Source: a virus (taxonomy: Duplodnaviria; Caudoviricetes). Taken from it: 64,000 bases of DNA. A model generated the notes under the pieces. It saw only the letters and a list, made by a program, of their open reading frames with translations, had not been told where the DNA came from and did no database searches. The DNA is taken from IMG/VR virus record IMGVR_UViG_3300007770_000001; one strand, given 5' to 3'. Positions 37,239 through 45,208 of this stretch are shown in pieces. The translations under genes were made by a program, and so were the position numbers. Position 1 is the stretch's first letter, and every line of letters starts with the position of its first letter.

Positions 37239-38795
37239 ATGGCACAGTCCCCTCTTCTGGTTGACGCTGTACAGATTGAGCCCGGAGCTTCCGGGACTCG
37301 GCTCATCGAACGGGACACCGCTACAGGGGGTCTGGCGTTCTCTGACGCGGAGATCACCACTGCAGTTCTCCTGTCCCAGCTGGTTGGCTTCCGGGCGATC
37401 ACCGGAGTGTTCGTCGTGGGGCGCGCGGGCTCGGGGGCCCAGTACACTGCGATCCAAGATGCCCTCGACGCAGTGCCGGATTCTTCGAGTGCGGCCGCTC
37501 CTTCTCTGGTTCTGATCACCGCAGGTGTCTACACGGAGAACGTAGTCATCCAGAAGGATGGTGTGGTTCTCCATGGGCTGGGGGGCGCCAAGATCTCCAA
37601 CTCTGGAGATGACGAAACCGTCACGGTATCTGCCTCCCTCGACACCACCCCCCTCAGCGTCGTTCTCCGGGGACTGGAGATCGAGAACGACCAGGATGGC
37701 CGGTCCTGCGTCCGTATCCTGGGGGCAGACACCTTTGCCAGCGGAACCGTCACCTGCAACACAGCACCGCTTGCTGCGGGCGACACTCTGACGATCAACG
37801 GGAATGTCCTCACCGGGATCGCTGGGACTCGCAACTCAGGTTCGAACAACTTCTCCGTTCTCGGGTCAACCACCACCGCTATCGCAGCGGAGATTGCAGC
37901 GGCCATCAACGATACGGCGAACTCCTTCTCCGGAGATGTGTCCGCGAGCGTCGCTTCGAACATCATCACCCTCCAGGCGGTGACTGCTGGATCGGGTGGG
38001 AATGCCATCACTCTGGCGGACTCTACAACGCCCTCTGGCGGCTTCTCCCTCTCCGGCGCTACCCTTTCCGGGGGTTCCTCCGATGGGAGTGTGGTAGTGT
38101 CCCAGGGACTCCTGGTAGAGTCCTGCACGCTGGTGTCCTCGGGGAACTCCGGCTACCAGATCAACGCGGATACTGCCAATCATATCCTGGTCCGCCAAGG
38201 CACCTGGAGAGGCTCTGCTTCGACATCCTCTTGTCGCGCTGCGGACTGCGCTTCCCTCCGGGTGTTCGGTGTCGAGTGGGCGAATGACTTCGCTCTCTCC
38301 TTCGACACGGGGAACGACAACCCGAGCGAGACCCCAACCACCTACGAGGTCCAGACCTGCGGGCGCGTCGGGGATATCGTAGCAACTCTCACCTCTGCAG
38401 GGGCTCTGGACCTGCGGGAGAACCCAGTCGTTGGGAACCTGACTGTTGGGGGCACTCAGGCTGTCTCCGCTGTCTCCTGTGGGTTCGGGGATCTGGACTT
38501 CTCCGATACGGTGGTCGCCACGCTATCTCGGTGTGCCCGGGGTTCTGCTGTCTCATCCAGCGGGTCCCCGACTCTCGATGAGTCTCGGATCCTTGGGTCT
38601 GTCAGCTTCACTTCCTCTACTCAAGAGTCCGTTGTCTTCGACGTAGAGAACTCCGACGCCGACTACACCGTTGTTCTGGAGAGCCCCAGTACTGTCGCTT
38701 TCGGGGTATCCTCCAAGGCGGCAACTGGCTTCGATATCGACGCAGCCTCCGCGATCACAGGAACCGTCAGCTACGTTGTTCAAAGGGATACCTAA
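37239..38795 (+). CDS. virion fibre/appendage protein with beta-helix N-cap
   Basis: QYTAIQDALDAV...LITAGVYTENV (pectinesterase-like cap), sheath-insert-like domain, C-terminal beta sandwich. Confidence 0.75.
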   Translation: MAQSPLLVDAVQIEPGASGTRLIERDTATGGLAFSDAEITTAVLLSQLVGFRAITGVFVVGRAGSGAQYTAIQDALDAVPDSSSAAAPSLVLITAGVYTENVVIQKDGVVLHGLGGAKISNSGDDETVTVSASLDTTPLSVVLRGLEIENDQDGRSCVRILGADTFASGTVTCNTAPLAAGDTLTINGNVLTGIAGTRNSGSNNFSVLGSTTTAIAAEIAAAINDTANSFSGDVSASVASNIITLQAVTAGSGGNAITLADSTTPSGGFSLSGATLSGGSSDGSVVVSQGLLVESCTLVSSGNSGYQINADTANHILVRQGTWRGSASTSSCRAADCASLRVFGVEWANDFALSFDTGNDNPSETPTTYEVQTCGRVGDIVATLTSAGALDLRENPVVGNLTVGGTQAVSAVSCGFGDLDFSDTVVATLSRCARGSAVSSSGSPTLDESRILGSVSFTSSTQESVVFDVENSDADYTVVLESPSTVAFGVSSKAATGFDIDAASAITGTVSYVVQRDT

Positions 38796-39250
38796 TGCCA
38801 CGCTTGCGCAAGATTCTCGCTTCTGAGGGGCTGGAGAGAGCCGCTTCTGATCTCCCCAGCGTGTCCTTGGTCAAATCTCAACTGAAGAGCGCTCTCACGG
38901 GGAAGCGTGTCGGGAAGTTCTACGACACGTTCGTAGTGGATGTGCAGGTGATCTCCGACTACGCTGTGGATGTGGTCATTGGCTTCCGGTGGCGGAACTC
39001 GGATCGGGTGGTAGACTCATCCACTGCCATTTTTGATCTTGTGTCTCCAATCAAGAAGCTGTTTCTCGACTTCGTGGCCTCTCACGACTGGGCAGAAGGG
39101 TTGGGTACTCAAACTTCTCGTGATGGTGTGTACGTCTCGACGCACCGAGATTCCAGAGCCCCCATCTCCCAACCTGAGTATGCTGTCCTGCGGGCTCGGA
39201 TCTTCACTCCTGTCGTCATGAGTCGGACCTTCCCGCATCTTCTCCGGTGA
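38795..39250 (+). CDS. hypothetical protein with N-terminal RKILASEG motif
   Basis: TAATG overlap; motif shared with the 41804 protein. Confidence 0.65.
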   Translation: MPRLRKILASEGLERAASDLPSVSLVKSQLKSALTGKRVGKFYDTFVVDVQVISDYAVDVVIGFRWRNSDRVVDSSTAIFDLVSPIKKLFLDFVASHDWAEGLGTQTSRDGVYVSTHRDSRAPISQPEYAVLRARIFTPVVMSRTFPHLLR

Positions 39251-39256
39251 GCCTCT

Positions 39257-40492
39257 GTGCACTACGAGCTCTCCGATTCCATCAAGCGTCGGATCATCCT
39301 GGAGCTCCGGGAGTTCTGGGCGCAAGACCCCAAGTACAGGGATTCCCTGGTCGGGAACATCCAGGGCCGACACTCATTTGATGAGAGGCCTCAACAGGCG
39401 CTGGTAGTCAAGGGAGCCTCGGCTCTCCCTATCCGATTCTCCGCGGACAACTTCCAGGGGACGGTGGTCTCCTATTGCTCTCTGTTCAAGACGGCGGCCC
39501 AGCCCGGCACCTCTGTGGAATGGGTTCGGGAGGATGTCCGGGCGATCCAGAAGAACGGGGGTGTGTTCCCATCGGAAGCAGGGATCTACTACATAGAGGT
39601 GCGGCGTGAGGAGTACGCCTGGCAAGGAGTGCCGCGCCAGTACCTGGTCTTCTATGTAGACCCCCTCTTGTCGGTCCTGGACGAATCTCCCTCCAAGAGC
39701 GCGGTGGATCCCCGGATCTACACAGTGTCTGCAGGGTCCTTTCATCCAGGATCTCTGGCAGTCTATGAGATGCCTGGGAACCTTCCCCTCACGGATGGGA
39801 TCAACTTCTCCTCGGACCCCATTACAGGGGAAATCACTCTCGTCCGCCCTCTCCCGACCCAGTCCAGCCTGTCCGTCGACTACAGGTATGCTGGGACCAG
39901 CACAGGCCCCTTCCCTGTAGAGGAGAACGGAGCTAACAACTCAGCGATCCCCGGAGTGATCCTGGCCTTCGGCCGACGCGCTCAAGAAGGGGATGTGATG
40001 GCCGTGCGGGTCTCCAACCTCCGGGAACCTTCGGCGCGGGAGTACGGGGGTCGGTTCGAGGTCTCCCTTGATATCGATGTCCTTGCTCGGGATGTCCATG
40101 CCCAGGCAGAGATAGCGGACCGTACCTTCATGTACCTCCAGGCGGAGCTCAGGGACCGCCTCTCCTTCGAGGGCATCGAGATCGATCAGGTCTCCAATTC
40201 AGGAGAGGCGGAGGAATCCTACGACGAGAACGAGGACTCCCTCTACTACACCGCTTCCTTGTCTTTGACCATCATGACCAATTGGTCAATCCGTCTCCCG
40301 CTGGGCCCCGCGTTCACTCGAATCATCGCCAACACAGTGGAGGCTGAGCAAATCGCTTCGGCTCTCGATGACGACCAGCTCATAGACATGGGATCCTCGA
40401 CCGGGTTGGTCATGGCAGAGCAGCTGGGTCTCCAGCCCCTGCAGGATCCTTGGTTCCGGAACCGTTCCCGGAACTACGAGATGATTCGGTAG
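39257..40492 (+). CDS. putative neck/tail-completion protein
   Basis: C-terminal SLDIDVLARD...EIADRTFMYL...YYTASLSLTIMTNW resembles tail terminator folds; central beta insert. The function is inference. Confidence 0.55.
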   Translation: MHYELSDSIKRRIILELREFWAQDPKYRDSLVGNIQGRHSFDERPQQALVVKGASALPIRFSADNFQGTVVSYCSLFKTAAQPGTSVEWVREDVRAIQKNGGVFPSEAGIYYIEVRREEYAWQGVPRQYLVFYVDPLLSVLDESPSKSAVDPRIYTVSAGSFHPGSLAVYEMPGNLPLTDGINFSSDPITGEITLVRPLPTQSSLSVDYRYAGTSTGPFPVEENGANNSAIPGVILAFGRRAQEGDVMAVRVSNLREPSAREYGGRFEVSLDIDVLARDVHAQAEIADRTFMYLQAELRDRLSFEGIEIDQVSNSGEAEESYDENEDSLYYTASLSLTIMTNWSIRLPLGPAFTRIIANTVEAEQIASALDDDQLIDMGSSTGLVMAEQLGLQPLQDPWFRNRSRNYEMIR

Positions 40493-40501
40493 ATGAACTA
40501 T
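40487..40501 (+). promoter_or_regulatory. putative late promoter CGGTA-N6-CTAT
   Basis: CGGTA gatgaa CTAT, 29 nt before ATG 40530. Confidence 0.7.
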
Positions 40502-40529
40502 CCTCCAGGACCTGTCGCAAGGAGCCAAG

Positions 40530-41081
40530 ATGTCTGACCTGTGGGAAAACCTCCTCGCCGGGCACACCGCGTCCAATCATGAGACGACAGTGGATGCCCA
40601 CCTGTCTCGGTCTCAGCTCACCGCTGCGTCCCTGGTAGATCTCACGGAGCGGGGTCGGGCCTCCAATGCTCTCAAGCTCCCGGTCTCGGAGGGCACTCGA
40701 GTCGCCTTCAAGGGAACCTTGGGTGCAGTGCTCTCGATGACGGATCCTCCGGCACGAGGGGACACGGGAGAGGTGGTGGCGGTCCGCTCAGGGAAGACTT
40801 ACATCACCAGTCACGATGGCATGGTCTTCGTGAAGTGGTCCGATGGCAGGTTCCGGCCGACCCACGCTGAGTTCCTCATGATGGCTCCCCAGGGCCGCAC
40901 CGGCTCTCATCGGCTCCGGGTGGCATCCCTGGGCGACCTTTCCGGGTTCCTCAAGACCTCCAGTGGCCGGTTGGTCCAGAAGAGCACTCGAGACCTCTGG
41001 TCTATCCACAAAGATGGGGATGGCGGGGGCTTCGTGGTCGAGCGACTCTTCTCCGGCGATGGCAAGCCCCTCAAGGGATAG
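40530..41081 (+). CDS. putative head-associated protein
   Basis: AGGAG RBS, late motif upstream, RVASLGDL motif. Confidence 0.7.
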   Translation: MSDLWENLLAGHTASNHETTVDAHLSRSQLTAASLVDLTERGRASNALKLPVSEGTRVAFKGTLGAVLSMTDPPARGDTGEVVAVRSGKTYITSHDGMVFVKWSDGRFRPTHAEFLMMAPQGRTGSHRLRVASLGDLSGFLKTSSGRLVQKSTRDLWSIHKDGDGGGFVVERLFSGDGKPLKG

Positions 41082-41093
41082 GGATAGAAGAAC

Positions 41094-41795
41094 ATGAAGC
41101 GCATCTCCAGAGAGCAGCTTCCAGGCCTCCTCCAGAAGGCTGCGTCGCTCCCCGCAGGGAACCCCGAACGCCGGGCCATCTTGGCTCGGATCATGCTCGG
41201 CGGTCCCATCGTGTTCCAACGCAAGGACATGCAGCGCATCCTCAAGATGCTTGACAAGTCCCGGGACGAGACGCATCTCCTGGCGTAGGCCCGCCAGATG
41301 GCTCGATCGATCAAGGACTGGAAGAAGGCCCAGCGTTGAGGTCTCGCGGCGGAGAATGAGAATCTCCATGGCGTCGCGAAGATCTTCTTCGACCGAGCAA
41401 AGGAACTCAACCCAGGGGAAGCGGAATCTCCGGTGGTCCCTCTTCGGAATACCCGATACCAGGAAGTACACGTCCTTCCGATGGGCGTCGTGGATCTCAA
41501 GACGGGCAACAACAAGGTCTTCAACTACGTCCGGGAGTGGGGTGGCGAGCCCTCTCAGATGACCGTCGCCGAGAACCTGGACAACAACCGTCGGGTCCTG
41601 ATCAACGGTTGGGGATCTCCTTCTGAGCTGTTGCCTCGGGGGACTCATTTCTTCATGTACCATGACCAGACCCGGAGGGAGATTGGAAGGTTCATCTCCG
41701 TCAGTGTGGTCACCGGGGATATGTCTCTCGATCTCCTGGCGCAGACTGCCCGGAAGGCAGGCAAGAACCGGATGTACGGGTACGTCCTCAAGTAG
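41094..41795 (+). pseudogene. single reading frame interrupted by in-frame TAG (41286) and TGA (41337)
   Basis: The listed ORFs 41094..41288 and 41433..41795 are in the same frame; the gap reads as plausible protein HLLA*ARQMARSIKDWKKAQR*GLAAENENLHGVAKIFFDRAKEL. Confidence 0.6.
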
Positions 41796-41803
41796 GAAGG
41801 ATC

Positions 41804-42136
41804 ATGGATCTCAAGAAGTTCCTCAAGAAGCACGTCGGTCGCAAACGGATCAAGACCAAGAATCTGCTGGGCAAGGACTACCACTCGGTCAAGGGGAACT
41901 TCTCCTATGAGCTGAAACGGGCCCTCGAGAAGGAGGGGTTCAAGGTGTTCGACTCCCACTTCAGCAGCTCGACCATCTACCGGATGACCGACGGTACGTT
42001 CCACATAGAGCTCTCGTACAGCCCCAGCAACCAGACCACCTCCATCGGCGAGTCCGGGTTGCTTCCTCCGCGGAACCGCGCGGCTCGTCTGAAGCTCATC
42101 CTGGCCTCTGAGGGCTTCGACCTCCCGAAGCGGTAG
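41804..42136 (+). CDS. hypothetical protein with C-terminal ILASEG motif
   Basis: AGGAAGGA RBS; ends RAARLKLILASEGFDLPKR. Confidence 0.75.
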   Translation: MDLKKFLKKHVGRKRIKTKNLLGKDYHSVKGNFSYELKRALEKEGFKVFDSHFSSSTIYRMTDGTFHIELSYSPSNQTTSIGESGLLPPRNRAARLKLILASEGFDLPKR

Positions 42137-42145
42137 ACCACCTAT
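42131..42145 (+). promoter_or_regulatory. putative late promoter CGGTA-N6-CTAT
   Basis: CGGTA gaccac CTAT, 27 nt before ATG 42172. Confidence 0.7.
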
Positions 42146-42171
42146 CAGGACGCAGATGGACAGGAGTCTCC

Positions 42172-42810
42172 ATGCGTCCTGACCCAAAGAAGGTTGCTGC
42201 TGCTTTCCTCGCGCAGAAGTCCGGTATGTCTCGGACGGCGGGTGAGGTTCGGTTCGTCAAGGATCGTGGGGGTGACAAGTCCGAGTGGGGTTGGAACACC
42301 CCCGGCCCGTCTGAGAGAGATATCTCGGACAACTTCGTGTTCAACGCGGAGAACCTGAAGCCGTTGGCTTTGGTGATGCGGTCGGTCCTGATGGGATTGG
42401 GCCACGCCACTTCGGCGCACACTCGGATGGTGAAGATCAAGAGCCGGAACGTTAGCCCTGATGGGGCTCTCGGAGGCAAGGGGTACATTCAGAAGATCCC
42501 GGACCTGCGGCGCCAGCTCATGAACTGTGTCGAGGTTCTCTCTGCGATTTCCGATACCCTGTACGATGAGATCAAGGCCCCTCACTGGGATCCCTCCGAG
42601 GACAAGATGACTCCACGGGACCGCGACGAGGTTCGTGAGATCGTAGAGGACGCTGAGGAGATCAAGGAAGATCCTGAGGCCTGGGCGGATGAGCAGGAAG
42701 AAGAGCTCGATGAGGAACACGACACCCTCGCTGTCCACAAGCAAGCAAGCCAGAAGGTGAGCTTGCACCGGGTGATCCGGAACTTCCAGAGGAGCACCGA
42801 TGTCGGATAG
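42172..42810 (+). CDS. putative internal head protein
   Basis: Starts MRPDPKKVAAAFL; RTAG and KQAS motifs; acidic C-terminal part; late motif upstream. Confidence 0.7.
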   Translation: MRPDPKKVAAAFLAQKSGMSRTAGEVRFVKDRGGDKSEWGWNTPGPSERDISDNFVFNAENLKPLALVMRSVLMGLGHATSAHTRMVKIKSRNVSPDGALGGKGYIQKIPDLRRQLMNCVEVLSAISDTLYDEIKAPHWDPSEDKMTPRDRDEVREIVEDAEEIKEDPEAWADEQEEELDEEHDTLAVHKQASQKVSLHRVIRNFQRSTDVG

Positions 42811-45208
42811 CACGATCCACCAGCTGGGCAATGCGGAGCTCCCCGCTGACCTGTTCACGGAGACCCTGGCGAACGGCTTTGGGCTCGGTGAGTACCCTGA
42901 CATGCAATACGGAATGGGGTCTCAGTCAGCCGTTGTCCTGCAGGACGGCCCCACGACTGCACCTGCTGTTCCTGACGGTCTGGCGAAGGGGTCCGCAGAG
43001 GATCTCGATCTCCGTTCTCTGATCGCCGAGACCGTCCCCGATCTCGATTGGCTCGACGCCAGCCTCCTGGAGCAGGATCCCGCGCGCCTTCCGAAGAACC
43101 CAACGGACGTGATCCCGGAGCTCGTTGACGCTTGGAGCTCCGACGGCCCTTCTCTCACAGCACAGACTCGAGACCTTTCCCGCGTTCGGTACGAGGAATC
43201 TCTCAAGGAGGGCTCCGGGACTTCCCAGAAGGCTTCCGTCAAGCAGATGCGAGAAGTGGCTTCCAAGGCGATGCGTCGGTCTGTGATGGGTCACGATATC
43301 GCGACCATCATCCGCGAGGCTCAGGAGTGTATGGGGGAAGAGGCGGCCCGGTTGGAGCCTCTCCTCAAGATGGTCCTCGCTGAGCATGGCCTGGCGGGGA
43401 ATGTGTTCATTCGAGCTGCTGCCTATCCCAAGTACGGGTCGGGCCAGTGGGGAGCCCACCTCCGGAGATATGCACGGGACGCCCGGTATGTGGTGGTCTC
43501 TGAGCGGGATCTCAAGAACGCAACCTGGATCCAGAACGGTCGGTGCTCTCTCACCGGCAAGTTCGCCGTCACGAAGGTCCCCTGGGAAGAGGCAGTCACC
43601 CACTACAAGTCTCGGCTGGCTGGCCGCTCTCCTTCTCGCACTGGTCTGCGTTCTGCGTTCCTCCAGAGGGAGGGTCTCTCCAAGAAGGCCAACAGCTGGC
43701 TTCCACACCACACGGCTGCTGCTGATCGGGTCTCCACTGAGGAGGCGTGGAAGGCGTTCGCGTCGTACAAGCCCGAGGTTCCTCAGCTTCGGGATCCGAA
43801 GGCCGTGCGGCTGGCTTCGGACAAGCGGGCGGCAGAGGAGAAGATCAACTCCCTCGTCGCTCAGGGAGTTCTCCCTGAGGTGGACCGGGATCGTATCCTG
43901 GCCTCTGGCGCTTCTCCCTCTGACCAGTTGAAGGCGGCAGCTCAGATCGCTGCTCTCCCCAAGGTCTCTGCGTACCAGGGAGTGCAGAACAAGGCCAACG
44001 AGGTCAATCGAGATCTGTATCTGGCGCGGCTCGAGATGAGCCACCTGGCTGCTCAGGAGCGTGTCTCCCGCCTCCGTGTCGAGGCTTCGCGCCGCTCTCA
44101 GGCAGCCATTCAGGACCTGGTGGATCGAAAGATCCTCAAGGCCTCCGAAGCGAAGGCGATGCTGGAGTCCGGCAAGTCGGTCCACGCAATCCTCCGCGCA
44201 GCAGCCAAGATCTCCCTCATCCGACAGGGTGAGTTCAGCGGCCAGAACAACAACGCAGCTGAGGCGGGAGTCCAGAGGGTTGTCTCCGGAGCAGAGAAGA
44301 ACCAGGCTCGTATCCGCACTGCCCAGACCAACATCGACCGTCGTGTCCGGAGGGAAGCAGCGGAGAGTACCCTCGAGGCCCGCGCCGCCCAGGATCGCGT
44401 CACCCGGCTCAAGGCAGGGTATCGGGAGGTCCGCCGGGCGATCGAGGCTGGCGCCCGTGGTCAGGTCCTCAAGAACATCATCGCCAAGACGTTCCATGGG
44501 AACGATGCCGAGATTGGCCGTCGTATGCTCGCTGGCCTCCTGGAGCGCACAGGAGCCCTGAAGGAGCCCACCAAGGCCAACTATGAAGGGAAGTCCTTCA
44601 AGATCCATCAGGCAGAGGCTCGGAAGGCTCGGTTCTCTGGGACCGAAGCCCGGAAGGTCCTGTCTTGGCTCGGCCGGACCCTCTCTGAGGGCTTCGCAGG
44701 GAAGCCCTTGGATGAGCTCATCCAGCGTCGGTTCACTGCTCGGACACGGGAGGCTCTCAAGAGCGAGATCTTCGTAGCTCGGACCTCCCACGAGGGTGGT
44801 GCAGGGTTCGTCTATGTGGACGCCTCTGCGTATGCAACCCTCAAGGGGGTCAAGGGGTGCGAGACCGGGGCCCTCAAGCACCGGGCGAATCAGATCCCCT
44901 CCGTCCTGGAGATGAGCCGGTGCGCTTCTTGCTCCCTGGTCTCGACTCGGGAGAACGGCGAGCGGGTTTGCTCCCTGTACAACAAGGTCCTGCTCGCCGA
45001 CGCTCGGGGTCCCGAGATGGACCGCATCCGTTCGGCCAACGTCCAGGTAGCCAACATGAGCCGCGCGGAGCAGACCCAGTCTCTGTTCGCCGGTGTCTAC
45101 GATCCAGCGGAGTTCGATCTCCAGAACACCAATCTGGAGGGGATCTCTCCCGGGATGCCTGAGACGGACAAGTTGGCTGAGATCTTCTTCGAGACGCGAC
45201 TGCAGTGA
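42800..45208 (+). CDS. large internally duplicated putative internal head protein
   Basis: 802 aa; paired helical repeats and two related alpha/beta units; C-terminal Cys cluster (GC...RCASC...VCSL). Confidence 0.75.
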   Translation: MSDSTIHQLGNAELPADLFTETLANGFGLGEYPDMQYGMGSQSAVVLQDGPTTAPAVPDGLAKGSAEDLDLRSLIAETVPDLDWLDASLLEQDPARLPKNPTDVIPELVDAWSSDGPSLTAQTRDLSRVRYEESLKEGSGTSQKASVKQMREVASKAMRRSVMGHDIATIIREAQECMGEEAARLEPLLKMVLAEHGLAGNVFIRAAAYPKYGSGQWGAHLRRYARDARYVVVSERDLKNATWIQNGRCSLTGKFAVTKVPWEEAVTHYKSRLAGRSPSRTGLRSAFLQREGLSKKANSWLPHHTAAADRVSTEEAWKAFASYKPEVPQLRDPKAVRLASDKRAAEEKINSLVAQGVLPEVDRDRILASGASPSDQLKAAAQIAALPKVSAYQGVQNKANEVNRDLYLARLEMSHLAAQERVSRLRVEASRRSQAAIQDLVDRKILKASEAKAMLESGKSVHAILRAAAKISLIRQGEFSGQNNNAAEAGVQRVVSGAEKNQARIRTAQTNIDRRVRREAAESTLEARAAQDRVTRLKAGYREVRRAIEAGARGQVLKNIIAKTFHGNDAEIGRRMLAGLLERTGALKEPTKANYEGKSFKIHQAEARKARFSGTEARKVLSWLGRTLSEGFAGKPLDELIQRRFTARTREALKSEIFVARTSHEGGAGFVYVDASAYATLKGVKGCETGALKHRANQIPSVLEMSRCASCSLVSTRENGERVCSLYNKVLLADARGPEMDRIRSANVQVANMSRAEQTQSLFAGVYDPAEFDLQNTNLEGISPGMPETDKLAEIFFETRLQ

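Noticed and set aside
41286-41339. Genome-wide stop-codon reassignment (TAG or TGA)
   Set aside because: TAG, TGA and TAA all end many full-length recognisable genes, often in ATGA/GTGA overlaps; only this one frame is interrupted.
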